A stretch of 64,000 nt of DNA, from assembly GCF_963921235.1 (NCBI RefSeq), contig NC_086118.1, positions 23,872,001-23,936,000 on the forward strand, given 5' to 3'. A program made the position numbers and the translations under genes. Positions 47,798 to 61,234 of the stretch are shown here, one piece after another. The notes beneath the pieces were generated by a model. That model did no database searches and was not told the DNA's origin. It was given only the letters and a program-made list of their open reading frames with translations. The DNA comes from Mobula hypostoma (taxonomy: Eukaryota). Positions within the stretch are counted from its first letter, which is position 1, and each line of letters begins with the position of its first letter.

Positions 47798-48787
47798 GAC
47801 GCAACCTTTTCATGACAGGATGGCGAGTATTTGGAACTAACTGCCAGAGGAAGTATTTGAGCCAGGTCCAATAGTATCATTCAAGAAGCACTTAGATAGG
47901 TACATGGAAGCCAGGGATTAGAGTCTATGGAGTAAACACAGGAAAGTGGGACGAAATGGATGAGCACCATGACTGACGTGGGCTCATTGGGCCAAAGGGC
48001 CAATAGGTTAGATTAGATTAGATTATCTGTGATATCTGTGATGTATTGCTCTATGGCTCTATGACTCTAAATTGCAGATCAATGTAAGAATCTTCCTGGA
48101 AGAAGCTGAATATTTTAATTTAATGGATACTCCATTATTTCCATCTAAGCTAGCATGCATATTTTGCTGGAAATGATTGAAAAAATTTGTTTTATCATTA
48201 TTTTTAGCAATTTGTTCCATAGCATCAATCAAGAATTTTAAGTCAGGAATTTCAGCCTATCTTTGCCTCTAATTTATTCACTTGCTGCATTAGAAAATGT
48301 TACAGCTGCTGAGGTTTCAACTTAAGTTTGCTTTACACATGCTGTTAACCTTGTAATGAGTCACCACAGGATCTAAACAGCAACTCTACTAAATCATGGA
48401 TTATCAAATGAGATGTTGGTTCCTAATTGCCCTTAAAGAGAGGAACAGTTTGCCATAAATTTGTGAACAAATACACAGTTTAGAATCTCAAAATTAAAGC
48501 TGAATGCAAGGTTCCCCTTGTTCTTTGAGTGCTTCTAGCAATCTGCTGAATGGCTGAAATCAAGTATTTGAAATTCATACACAGATATAACCTGCAGACA
48601 AACAGAAATTAGAAATGTTGATCACTGTATGAGATCTTAAAATATCTCATATATTGTGTTGATAATATAAATCATAAACGTAAGTTCAGAAGAGGGTTTG
48701 AGAGCCCACAATTAACTCGAAGATCTTATGCTCCAGGTGTTCACGCCCGAAGGAATCAGTGCCTGGAAAATTAATATTGAATCTTGT

Positions 48788-48872
48788 TAAAAACAGAAAA
48801 TGCTGGAAAAGCTCAACATGTCAGGCTGCTTCTATATAGAAGGGAACAGTCAACATTCTTTTGTCAGATCTG
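48788..48872 (-). mobile_element. Penelope-derived terminal repeat fragment
   Basis: aaacagaaaatgctggaaaagctcaacatgtcaggctgc resembles 9870-9935. Confidence 0.6.
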
Positions 48873-49691
48873 CTCAGCGCACCTCCTCCCTCCGCTTTTG
48901 CTTGTTTGAATATTGCTAGCATGTACCGCCATCTCATAAAGGCGAGTGTGGAGAAGGCAGGAGCAGAGAGTAATTTTTTCCACCACCTTAGGAGATTGCG
49001 CAGGTTTCTTCCATTGTCGTCTGGCTGCAGAGCATTGACCGAACACATGGATAAGTTGCTTTATCAAAAGACAATTGGATTTCATGGCATACATGCTGAC
49101 TGTATGTATACGGATCCTGTAATTATCAATTATATTAGTGTATTGGCTTTGTCATATATTAGCCATCTTTTATATCTATTGCAATGGCTCAAACGTTAGT
49201 AGTACAGTGGACTAGAATGAATCAAGGCAATACGATCCTTGACACCACCATCAACATTATGGAGTCACATTGAAATTACAATTACTACAAGAGCAGACCA
49301 AGGACTGGTTATCACCACTGAACAGATCACCCCATTTTCCACTGTACCCGAGACATGTCAATAGTGTGAAAGAATACTGTCTATTTGCCTGGTTGAGTGT
49401 AGTTACCACAATTTGTAGGACAAAGTAGCCCACCTAAATGGCACCCTGTACATCACTCGAAACATTCACTCCCCTACACAATTCTTCGTCATCTCTGTTC
49501 CAAATGGACATCCCTCTCTACTGGTCCTAGATTCACCCACAAAAAGAAACATCCTCGCCACATCAACTCTATCTAGGCACTTCAACATGTAATAGGTTGC
49601 AATGAGATTCCCCCCCCACCCCACCACCACCCCCTTATTCTTTTCAACTTCAATGAGTACAGGCCCAGAGCCATCAGACGTTCCTTATGTA

Positions 49692-51314
49692 CAGTGGTAT
49701 GCAAAGGTTTGGGCACCCCTGGACAAAATTTCTGTTACTGTGAATAGTTAAGTGAGTAGAAGCTGAACTGATCTCCAAAAGTCATAAAGTTAAAGAAGAA
49801 ACATTCTTTTCAACATTTTAAGCAAGATTAGTGTATTATTTTTGTTTTGTACAAATTTAGACTGAAAAAAAAGGAAAGAGGCACCATGCAAAAGTTTGGG
49901 CACCCCAAGAGATTTGAGCTCTCAGATAACTTTTACCAAGGTCTCAGACCTCAATTAGCTGTTAGGGCTATGGCTTGTTCACAATCATCATTAGGAAAGG
50001 CCAGGTGATGCAAATTTCAAAGCTTTATAAGTACCCTGACTCCTCAAACTTTGTCCCAACAATCAGCAGCCATAGGCTCCTCTAAGCAGCTGCCTAGCAC
50101 TCTGGAAATTAAAATAAATTATCCCCACAAAGCAGGAGAAGTCTATAAGAAGATAGCAAAACATTTTCAGGTAGCCAGTTCCTCAGTTCGTAATGTAATT
50201 AAGAAATGGAGGTTAACAGGAATGGTGGAGGTCAAGCTGAGGTCTGGAAGACCAAGGAAACTTTCCAAGAGAACTGCTCGTAGGATTGCTAGAAAGGCAA
50301 ATCAAAACCGTGTTTGACTGCAAAAGATCTTCAGGAAGATTTAGCAGACTCTGGGGTGGTGGTGCACTATTCTACTGTGCAGCAACCCCGCACAAATATA
50401 ACCTTCATGGAAGAGTCATCAGAAGAAAATCTTTTCTGTGTCTTCACCACAAAATTCAATGTCAGAAGTTTGCAAAGGAACATCTAAACAAGCCTGATGC
50501 ATTTTGGAAACAAGTCCTGTGGACTGATGAAGTAAAAATAGAACTTGTTGGCCACAATGAGCAAAGGTATGTTTGGAGAAAAAAGGGTGCAGAATTTCAT
50601 GAAAAGAACACCTCTCCAACTGTTAAGCACGGGGGTGGATCGATCATGCTTTGGGCTTGTGTTGCAGCCAGTGGCACAGGGAATATTTCGCTGGTAGAGG
50701 GAAAAATGAAGTCAATTAAATACCAGCAAATTCTGGAAGCAAACTTCACACTACCTGTAACAAAAGCTGAAGATGAATAGAGGATGGCTTCTACAATAGG
50801 GTAATGATCCTAAACACACCTCAAAATCCACAATGGACTACCTCAAGAGGCATGGGCTGACGGTTTTGCCATGGCCCTCACAGTCCCCCAACCTAAACAT
50901 CATCGAAAATCTGCAGATAGACCTCAAAAGAGCAGTGCATGCAAGACGGCCCAAGAATCTCACAGAACCAGAAGCCTTTTACAAGGAAGAATGGGCGAAA
51001 ATCCTCCAAACAAGAATTGAAAGACTCTTAGCTGGCGACAGAAAGCATTTACAAGCTGTGATACCTGCCAAAGTGGGTGTTACTAAGTACTGACCATGCA
51101 GGGTGCCTAAACTTTTGCTTCTGGCCCTTTTCCTTTTTTGTTATCTTAAAACTGTAAAAGGTGGAAATAAAAAAAGTAATCTTGCTTAAAATATTAAAGA
51201 AATGTGTCATCTTTAATTTTATGCCTTTTGGAAATCAGATCATCTTTTACTCGCTTAGCTATTCACTGTAACAAGAAATTTTGACCAGGGTGCCCAAACT
51301 TTTGCATGCCGCTG
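49692..51314 (+). mobile_element. Full-length (1623 bp) Tc1-like DNA transposon, IR/DR type, inactive
   Basis: TA at 49690-49691 and 51315-51316; ~215-bp imperfect inverted repeats beginning CAGTGGTATGCAAAGGTTTGGGCACCC and CAGCGGCATGCAAAAGTTTGGGCACCC; inner direct repeats at 49886-49905 and ~51101-51118. Confidence 0.97.
50072..51093 (+). pseudogene. Tc1 DDE transposase pseudogene
   Basis: HTH region YKKIAKHFQVASSSVRNVIKKW..RSGRPRK; VLWTDEVKIEL; TVKHGGGSIMLWAC; Q*GNDPKH (second catalytic D lost, in-frame stop); WPSQSPNLNIIENL; at least two frameshifts; presumed start codon reads ATA. Confidence 0.95.
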
Positions 51315-52519
51315 TATGTTAACCCTTTCATTCCTGGAATCATTTTTTGTGAACTTCCTCTGAAGCCTCTCCAATGCAGGCACACAATCTCCGTTGATGA
51401 TCTCAAATTAAGAATTTCAGCCTAGCTTTGTCTAACTTATTCACTTACCATCTCCAAGAAACAAAGCAGTTATCTGCATGGGCTACTCTGAAACCATCTC
51501 CCAAATCTGCAAACCCTACCACTGAAGACGACAAGGGTAGCAGACGCATGGGAACATCAACACCTTCAGGTTACCCGCCATACTGTCCTGATTTGGAAAT
51601 ATAAAAGCATCCTTTTGTTGTCACTGAAGCTCCATCTTCAAGAGCACTGTGGGAGTATCTTCAACTGAAAGACTGCAGGGATCATGAAAATAGCTCACCT
51701 CCACCTTCTCCAGGCCAATCAGGTTTGAGCAATAAATGCCGGCCTCATCAAGGATACCAATATTCTCAAAATGTCTACCACTACATCCAATTTGCACGTT
51801 GATGGAGTTGAAATTGTTTTGGTTCAAATCAAAGACTGCATTGACACTTGAATGTACAAATAAATTCCCCAGCATTTCACGACATCTAACACCCTGGAAA
51901 ACCAAGTGATTCTACCAAAACTGTGTGTTTTCTACCTGCTGGTTCCTGTTAAATGCATGCTGCATACTTTCCACCTTCCTTCTCCCCTTGGAACAATCAA
52001 CAGAATGCGAAAACCTTGGAAAATCTTACCAGCAAAGCCATTTGCTTCCCATTTGAAATCAATCATTATTAGATATTTGGGGGCGTATGACTCTGATGAA
52101 AAATTAGTCATTTCTCATTCAACATTAAAGCATCTACCATTAAATTTTTTCCCTGGGGCCTTTTAAATTAGAAGCACCTCAATTACATGTAACATTTGAG
52201 AAGCCCATCTGGTTTGAAGAACAGTAAATAACGTTTATGATATCATGCAGGCCGTGAACAATTTAACTAATGTTCTATAGATTGAAGTTTATTGAATGTG
52301 ACTGATACAGCTTCTCTTTAATGTACGTTCCAAGAACAATAGAGGAGAATATTTTAAAGTGTTGAATGATCAATATCAGGGTGATAGAGGAAAGCAGGTG
52401 CGAGATCGCAATTTTGGTAGATGTCCTCGACAAGTACTGTCAGGTTATCTGTGGGCTTTCTCTGTATGCTCTAAATGATCTGGAAGGAGAATGGTGTCAA
52501 GTTGGCAGGCATTGCCCAG

Positions 52520-53145
52520 GAGTCCCTACAGGTTAACTGATGGGTTGAGTCAGTGGTAAGGAAGGCAAATGCAGTGTTAACATTCATTTTGAGAGGACTA
52601 GAATATAAGAGCAAAAATGTAATGCTGAGGCTTTATAAGGCATTTACCAGACCACACTTAGAGTATTGTGGGCAGATTTGGGCCCCTTATCTAAGAAACG
52701 ATGTGCTGGCATTGGAGAGGGTCCAGAGGAGGTTCACAAGAATGATTCTGGAAATAAAAGGGTTAACATATGAGGAGTGTTTGAGGGCTCTGGGCCTGTA
52801 CTAGCTTGAGTTTAGAAGAATGATGGGATGATTTTATTGAAACCAATCGAATGTTGAAAGGCCGAGAGAGAGTTCATGTGGAGAGGATGTTTCATATAGT
52901 AGGTGAGTCCAGGACCAGAGGGCACAGACTTAGAATAGAGGGATGTCTGTTTAGAACAGAGATGAGGAGTAATTTCTTTAGCTGTAGGATGTTGACTCTG
53001 TGGAGGTTGATAGGTTATTGAATTATTAAGGGTTTCAAAGATTATGGAGAGATTATGCTTGAGGGGGATAATAATTCAGCCATGATGGATGGGCTGAATG
53101 GCCTCATATTTCTCCTATATCTTTTGGTCTTATGGACTTATGGTT
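52520..53145 (+). mobile_element. CR1 3' portion
   Basis: ORF 52553-52804 RGLEYKSKNVMLRLYKAFTRPHLEYCGQIWAPYLRNDVLALERVQRRFTRMI; (cttatgg)n tail. Confidence 0.93.
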
Positions 53146-53659
53146 AGAGAGTCCAGTCATGTCAGTTCTGGTGGGACACCCAAATGCAGCTGCATGAACA
53201 ACTGGTCTACTATTACAGTTGGAGGGAAAGAAATTTTAGTAAATGCGCTATCCAGGACGCTGAAGGGCTGAATACATAAGGGTGCAATTTTTATGAAGTT
53301 GCTACACCCCTACGCATCCCCCAAAGGTTGTCGAAGTATAATCAGGACCAGCTGGCTCTTGATCGTTATTGGCTTACTTGAGATTGTAATCTCTGAGGCG
53401 AGATACACAGCTGCAGGGGACCCAATGCATAATTTAACTGTCTGCTTCATGCTCCTCATGTAAAAAGAATCAAAGAATTAAAGAAAAAATTAAAAGGAAA
53501 AAAAAATTATGGAACTACCAAGATAATAATCAAAACATAATTTTCAGAACAAGAGAATGAGTATAGCATTTAAAATTTGCTTCTGTTTGTCCTCTCAAAA
53601 TATGAATGTGGATTAGATTTAAATCTGGAACTTCCTTTTATATAAATTGAGTTATGCAA

Positions 53660-53940
53660 CATGATAGTGCAGTGATTAGCACAACGCTTTATAGTAGAGG
53701 TGACCTGGGTTCATTTCCCGCCGCTGACTCTAAAGAGTTTGTACATTCACCCCATGATCATGTGGGTTTCCTTCAGCTGCTTTGGCTTCCTCCCACAGTC
53801 CAACGGTGGACCGGTTGGTAGGTTAATTGGTCATTGTAAATTGTCCCGAGATTAGGCTAGGGTTAAATTGGGAAATTGCAAGGGCCAGAAGGGCGTTCTC
53901 TGCACTGTATCTCAATAAGTAAATAAATAAACAAACAAAC
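53660..53940 (+). mobile_element. V-domain SINE (HE1-like), near full length
   Basis: Degenerate A-box, B-box gggttcatttcc, V-domain gagtttgtacattc..gtgggtttcc..ttcctcccacagtcc, (taaa)/(caaa) tail. Confidence 0.85.
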
Positions 53941-56422
53941 TTTGCCAGTCTGAATCATTCCATACAAGGATTCCACTGGATAGGGGTTAAACTCCTTGGC
54001 CAGTACCACACTCAATAAGCAGTTGTTAAACCACTTGAGCACAAAATGCATATTTCTTGCTGACTTTTGATTGGCCAAATTTACATCAATAAGGTCTCTA
54101 CATTGACATAATTAGCTTTACTTCTTTCTATTTGTTGACATGAGAATGAACAACAGCTCAGCTTCTATAACATGCATTTCCACATCTAAAAAAGATCCAT
54201 AAAACACTCATCTGTAGAGAGAAACAGACATTGTTGTGGAGTATTGAAAACATACCAAAATATACATATCAGGTCAGTATCATTACAAAAGGTGAAGCAT
54301 TAGTAAAGGGTAAGTGAATAGAGCCACAATTCCTTTGTGATGAATGATTTATTTGTGTACATTTTAGTAACCCTTTAATTCCATTGCTTGTTGACGCTGC
54401 CCTAGGCTTAAGTAATTACCACCCACCCAGACTTGTGAATAGGTCTTACAGATACTTCAACAAACATCATTTTGCCATCACCTGCATTTATCACACCCAG
54501 TCTAAGTGTCATGAAGGTTTGCATGTTGGTTCTTGATAACTTGTGTCATAAATCAGAAGAAGCATTTCAGTTGTCAATTCAGACACATGAATGAGAAATT
54601 CTAAAAATGAGTGTTTGCTCAAGCAAGTCTACAGCTGAGATAAGTATTAATGTCACTCAAAGTTGTTTATGGAGTAGTGGTAACATTAGTAACTGGACTA
54701 TATAAGCCGGAGCATTATCAGAAAACTTGAGTTTCTCATGATTCATGTTCAGAACAAGAGCATCAACAGGCAGTGTCAGTGAAATAAGAAGCAGCTTATA
54801 TTTCGATGATAAGTATTCAACAGGTCTTAACATCTCAGCATGAAGTTCTTAAAGCCTATGGATCTATCTGTCTGAAAGCCATCTTTCCTCTTGTTAACCA
54901 TGTCCATCTGTAGATTGAACATCTTTGCAGTTCACCACAATTCCAAGAAGAAAGCCTATTAACTAATAAGGCTTTAGGGGAGCCATGACACACATTTCAC
55001 TGTACATTGTTGGAAATATTATGCTTCTGGGCAAAATAAATAGTTTTAAACCACTATATAAATTGAAGCAAGTAGGATTCTAATATTCTCCAGTCAGCAC
55101 ATTCTCAAAATTGCATTTTAATCCTTTTAGAAGCTTTGCAAAGATCATCATTTCAAAAGTAACTGGGTTAGGACTTTTAATTTGTTCATAGGTTATTAAA
55201 ACTTCAAAATTCATTTGGTGCTTGCAGAGTTATTTTAAAATTAATACTAATATTTAGCCTCAGGCATTTAATGAAATTTATCTTACACTATAATGTAGCT
55301 TGGAAGTTACAGAATTAATCTGTTCAGTCCACTTTATTTAAGTGCATCATTTTTCAAAAGCCAATATCCATTCCTACTCACTTAGTTTCAAACTTGTTAT
55401 ATTCTGTTTAGAACTTGGTAATAAGGGTAATTTTTCATTTAAAAGTACAATTTCTGAGATCAGGGGCAATGCATATTTAAGTAGGACTCTAAGCCAATTC
55501 ACAGCATTATATAAATAGGCATCAATGCTTATGTCTAGGTTCCAGTAGATTTTTGCAGAGGCTTGAAGGAGAGCACCTAATCACATAAGCCTCAGAAAAT
55601 GATTATTCCTTTTAAATTTTTTATTGATTTGACCAGTTTATTCCTGCTTATATTTGATTTTTCTTGTGATCATAATAATCTTGTAAAATGCCTGAGGTGT
55701 GAGATGTGATCAAAAAACTGTTTCCCAGCAAATTGTTTTTGTTAAACTGAATTCTTCGCTCAAAGTATCTTTGGTTAGAATATGGGAGAGGTTAATCTAT
55801 TAGAATTGTTTTCTTTGAGTTCCATGCAAGTGTAAGTCATGGAGTTCGGGAGTGTTCTTCTGTAAGACTGTTTATACTACTATCTGTTAGCTTGTTCCAT
55901 CGGTGATCAAATGTGATTGCAATGAGCACATATGGATAATTTGTACTATAATATATGTGTTACTTTGGCGATTAAGCTGCTTTTCATCTTATACGGGAGA
56001 TGTGAAACCATTTTCTGGTAGTAGTCAGCTTTACCTTAACTGGATTCTATCATAAACCTATATTTGCAATGTTCCCGGCTGATCCATATTGGATAGAACT
56101 TCCCAGCATGAAAACTTTGAGAAGCTCAGGGTAATAGTTTGGATCTGTGACTATTTCATGTTATGGACAAACTACTTAACCCCTTAATATTCTTTAAAGA
56201 TGTATGTTATGTATTAGATAGATAATTTTATCAGTGTGGCAAGTTAGCCTTGTTGGCTTTGCAACATATCCTCAATAATTCAAAGCAAGGCATTTTGGCT
56301 TACAGTGACAACTACACTTAATGGAACGTGACAGTAGGAATTACCATCCTGACATTGTCAGCTTTCTCCTTTATTTACGAAACTATTTTTTATTGCTAGT
56401 TTGACTTGTAGATTCCTTTCGG

Positions 56423-58235
56423 AAGTTCAAAGTTCAAAGTAATATGTATTATCAGAGTACATACATGTTACCACATACAACGCTGTGATTCTTTTCCTGC
56501 GGGCATACTTAGCAAATCTATAGAATAGTAACTGTAAAGAGGATCAATGAACAACTAACTGTGCAAATGCAAATATAAGTAAATAGCAATAAATGATGCA
56601 TATGAAGTAACAAGATAAAGAATCCTTAAAGTGAGACCATCAATTGTGGGAACACCAGAAATAGAATGACTGTAATTATCCTCTTTTGTTCAAGAGCCTG
56701 ATGTTGAAGGTAGTAACTGTTTTTGAATCTGGTGTGCTAGTCCTGAGGCACTTTTACTTTCTAACAGATGGCAGCGGCAAGAAAAAAGCATGGTCTTGAT
56801 GGTGAGGATCTTTGGTGATGGATGTTGCTTTTCTATGGCAACGTTTCATATAGATATGCTCAATGGTTGGAAGGGTTTTAACCGTGATGTACTGGGCTGA
56901 ATCCACTACATTTTATAGGATTTTCTGCTCAAAGGCATTGGTGTTCCCATACCAGGCTGTATTGCAGCCAGTTAGCACACTTTCCACACACATCTATAGA
57001 AGTTTGTCAAGGTTTTTGATATCATGCCGAATCTCCGCAGACTCCTGAGGAAGTACAGGCACTGTCGTGCTTTCTTTGCAATTATATTTATATGATGGGT
57101 CCAGGACAGGTCTTCCAAGATAGTGACTCCCAGGAATTTAAAGTTACTGACCCTCTTTACCTCTGATTCTCCGATGAGTACTAGCTCATGAACCTCTTTT
57201 TTTCCCTCTCCTGACGTCTGCAATCAGTTCCTTGGTCTGATTGACATTGAGTGAGAGGTTGTTGTTATTACACCACTCAGCAAGATCTGCGATTTCCCTC
57301 CTGTATGCTGAATCATCACCATCTTTGACACAGCCCACAACAGTGGTGTCATCAGCATCTTGAATATGGTGTTGGAGCTGTACTTAGCCACAGCCATAGG
57401 TGTAAAGTGAGTACAGCAGGGGACTAAGCACACAACCTTGTGATGCTCCTGTGCTGATGGAAAATGTGAAGGAAATGTTTTTGCAAATCTGAACTGACCG
57501 GGGATGCAGGTGAGGAAATCCAGGATCCAATTGCACAAGGTGATATTGAGGCCCAGGTCTTGGCGTTCATTGATTAGTTTTCAGGGGATGCTGGTATTAA
57601 ATGCTGAGCTGTAATCAATAAAGAGCATCCTGATGTATGCATGTTTGCTGTCCAGATGTTCCAGGGTTGTGTGAGGAGCCAATGAGATGGCATCTGCTGT
57701 TGGTCTGTTGCTTCATTAGGCAAATTGGAGCAGATCCAAGTCGCCACTCAGACAGGAGCTGTTATGCATCAACACCAGCCTCTCAAAGCACTTCATCACT
57801 GTGGATGTAAGTCCCACTGGGCGATAGTCATTGAGGCAGGCTACCATACTCTTCTTGGGCACTGATATGATTGAAGTCTGCTTGAAGCAGGTGGGTACCA
57901 CACACTGCAGGAGTGAGATGTTGAAGATATCCGTGAACACACCTGCACAGGTCTCCACTACTTGGCCAGGTACCCTGTCCAGACCGGATGCTTTCTTTGG
58001 ATTCACTGACTTGAAAGCAGTGACTGTCTGACTGTTCAGCAACTCCTTGACCGTTCAGACGAGAATTATTCAATTGAGTAAGGAAGGGCTGTTTTGATTG
58101 TCCGCACATCATCGTCAGATGACACCAAAGGATCATCAGGAGACATGGGGGTACACGATGATTTCTCCCTGTTCTGGTGGTTAAAGCAAGCATAAAGGCA
58201 TTGAGCTCATCTAGAAGCGAAGCTCTTTTTGTAGC
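56423..58235 (-). mobile_element. Rex1/Babar-like LINE, 5'-truncated
   Basis: (TTTGAAC)n tail; ORFs [56 protein letters not shown] and FKFLGVTILEDLSWTHH..LYFLRSLRRF. Confidence 0.93.
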
Positions 58236-58910
58236 CTAGACAAAGATACAAAGATAACTTAACATAGGAATAACTCAAGCATCTTGCTTCTAAGAATTAT
58301 AAGATCAGTTTCATCATCAAATTCATTAAATCTAACAGATTAATTTTTAAAAATGTGTGGGGGTAGTATACTGGCTTCTTTTATATAATTTTCCAATATT
58401 TATTGACATATTTCAGTAGCTCAGCAAATATTGGATGTATATTGTACTTCTGAGGCCAGGAGTTTGATAAAAATATCTTCACTCCAGCAGTGAGATGAGA
58501 GCAACGTGAGGGCCATGGTTCGAGAAGGACAGAGATGTTTGCTTGAGTCACAGCTGGTAAAACTGAGCACAGCTTTTCCTGCTGTTAAATCTGAAAGGCA
58601 TTTTAAGAATTTATAAATGTGTCTGATTTCCAGAAATATTCAAAAGAACTTATAAATAAGGTAAGTAAATAAATGCAAACCATTTTGCAAAAAAATTATT
58701 AGTCAATTTAAAATATTGATATGAAATAATTTTATTTAAAAATATCCAAATCCATACATTCAGAATTCTCATGAAATCTATAGAGTCAGACCAAGTACTC
58801 AAGAGGCAATTTCATCCACATAATGACAGGGAATTTTAGTGAGACTGCAGCCTTTCACAGGCAGGATATAATGACGGATGTCATTCTGATTCTATATACT
58901 TCATTATAAT

Positions 58911-58932
58911 TGTGTGTGTGTGTGTGTGTGTG
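58911..58932 (+). repeat. (TG)11 microsatellite
   Basis: Perfect run. Confidence 0.95.
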
Positions 58933-60227
58933 GATTTGGAGGTAAAGAAGGATATTTTTATGTTAATATTTTTCATTTTAAGAGTTTTCTATATTTTAAA
59001 TAGTTACCACCTGTCCATTATTGACCTGGGACCTGCAGCTTAATCTCAAGGATATTGAACTGCTCAGCACATTAAAAGCGACCCCGTATTACATTTTTAA
59101 AATATTTCCTAGACTTTTTTTTAATTGAAATCATATTGAAGCTCAAAACAAAAAAAAACTCCTTGACTGTTCAGACAAGAATTATTCAATGGGGTAAGGA
59201 AGAGCTGTTTTGATTGACTGTTGGGAGAGGAAGATGGGGCAATGATGGTCTAGTCAGCTAGTGACAGGACAATTAGAAACATATAGCAATAACATCCAAA
59301 ATTAGCAAATCCAACCCTCAAGTGCTGACTCAGGGAGATCACTCTTGAAATGAAGAAAGAATCCCAGTCGTTTCGTTTCCTATTTTCTAACTGCTGCAGA
59401 ACAACACTTCACAAGAAATTTTATTTATTTTGAAGTATACTTGCTCACTTTAGAAACCCAGAATAAAAGTAAAAAGATATATGAATGGAACTAATTCTAC
59501 TGTATTTCTTTTGACCTTTGTGATAGTGTAAGTCAATAGAGTTCGTTATTGTCTTTAAAACTTGTCACCAGTTTCTTAATGATATAACCATGCAAGAATT
59601 TCACTGCTGCTTTGAAATGAAATTGACCATGTGCTAACATTCTAGAGAGGGGATTTAAGTAATAGACACTTTTCTTGAGGTTATAACTATATTTTCAGTT
59701 TAATGAAAGTTCTCAAATTGATATATGTCAGAATCCTTTGTAATTCCACTGGAATGTTCTCTGATCCTGTTAACAGGCAAAGGTTTATTTCCTGTTAACG
59801 GGCCATTTTGTCATGCTTATGTTTGTAACCCCTATGTGACCCAACATTCCTAGGGTCAGGCTGAGGTTAAGTAAAGGGAATAGAGATCAAAGTGGAAGGA
59901 ATGAAGGTACCTGTTCTAAACTTTCATTGCTCAAATAGCTTGTGCCACACACATTAGGTGCTTCAGGATATTTCAGGCCAGGCAAGTTACTTCCGCCTGA
60001 TAATGCAAAACCTGAGATTTTTTTTAGGGGAATCACCAATTTCAGGATTCATAATCCGTGAGGGTACAAGTTTATGCATATACCGAAAACAAAATAATAT
60101 TTTGGAAGTACATCTTATCAAAAAGCAAGATTACTATGGAACACTCTTCAACTGTCAATTTTAAATATTTTAATGTCTTTCCTAATTAGTGAGGTCAAGA
60201 AGAAAACCATTAAAAAGGGTATAAAGA

Positions 60228-61100
60228 TGCTGAGTCTGTTGTTGTTCATCATCTACGTTAATGACTTAGATGATAATGTGGTAACCTGGACCAGTAAGTT
60301 TGCAGATGACACCAAGACTGTGGGGAGACATAGCTGCAGATGACACTAAGACTGTGGGGAGGCATAGTGGACAGCAGAGGAAGGTTATCAAAGCTTTCAG
60401 TATAGGCTGGACCAGCTGGGAAAATGGGCTGAAAAATGTCGGATGGTATTAAATGCAGACAAGTGTGAAGTGTTGCACTTTGGGAGGACAAACCATGATG
60501 GGACTTCCACAGTGAACATTAAGGTTCTGAGGTGCATAGTAGGACAAAGGGACATGGGAATACAGATTAATGATTCTTGAAATTGGCATCAGAAGCAAAT
60601 AAAATCATAAAGAGAGTTTTTGGCACATTGGCTTTCATAAATCAGGGCAATGACTACAGGAATTGGGATGTAATGCTAAAGTTGGTACAAGGTGTTAGTG
60701 AGGTTGGATTTGGAGCATTGTGCGCAGTCCTGGTCACCTAACTACTGGAAAGATATCAGCAAGCTTGAGAAATTGCAGAGAAAATTTGGATGCTTCCGGG
60801 ACTTGAGGACCTGAGTTATAGCAAGCAATTGGATAAGTTAGGATTTACTTCTTTGGACCACAGGAGAATGGGCGGAGACTTATTGGTGGGTATGGATAGG
60901 GTGAATGTATGCAGGCTTTTCCCCCACAGTTTGGGTGAGACTACAATTAGCGGTCATAGGTTTAGGGTGAAAGATAAAATATTTAAGAGGAATCTGAGGG
61001 CAAACTTCATCACTCAGAAGGTGGTGCAAGTGTGAAACAAGCTGCCAGCAGAAGTGCCTGACACAGGTTCAGTTGTAACATTCATGAGAAGTTTGTATAG
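60228..61100 (+). mobile_element. CR1 RT and C-terminal fragment
   Basis: LFIIYVNDLD..SKFADDTK (with a 34-bp tandem duplication at ~60301-60367); ORF 60790-61035 LPGLEDLSYSKQLDKLG..SGHRFRVK. Confidence 0.92.
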
Positions 61101-61234
61101 GTTCAAAGGTTTGAAGGTTCATTTATTATCAAAGTACGTATCCATATCCAGATAAAGTATGTGAGAGGTAGATTCAGTATATAGAGCAGCTGTTTGAGGA
61201 TAACAGAGGGGAACCCCCAGGTATTAAACACCCT

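Larger units (their letters stand above)
46360..48070 (+). mobile_element. CR1 3' end (46360-46510 and 47798-48070) hosting two nested insertions
   Basis: gagcatagatttagcatgagaggggaaagatttaaa resumes as gcaacctttt..tggaactaactgccagagg and ends ctctatggctctatgactcta. Confidence 0.8.
49200..51770 (+). mobile_element. Ancient CR1/L2-like LINE 3' part (~49200-49490 and ~51450-51770), interrupted by a CR1(-) fragment (~49490-49691 and 51317-51385) that is itself interrupted by Tc1
   Basis: ggacaaagtagcccac..aacattcactccc; tail agctcacctccaccttctc..gcaataaatgccggcct; the CR1 piece matches 1050-1300. Confidence 0.6.

Noticed and set aside
48861..49199. 112-aa ORF as a host exon or gene
   Set aside because: No recognisable domain, non-ATG start adjacent to a repeat fragment, and no convincing splice-site pair
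50051..51093. Active or domesticated transposase
   Set aside because: Frameshifts, an in-frame stop, a lost start codon and a mutated second catalytic aspartate
60301..60367. 34-bp tandem duplication covering the FADD motif
   Set aside because: Ordinary slippage-type duplication in a dead CR1; no functional implication
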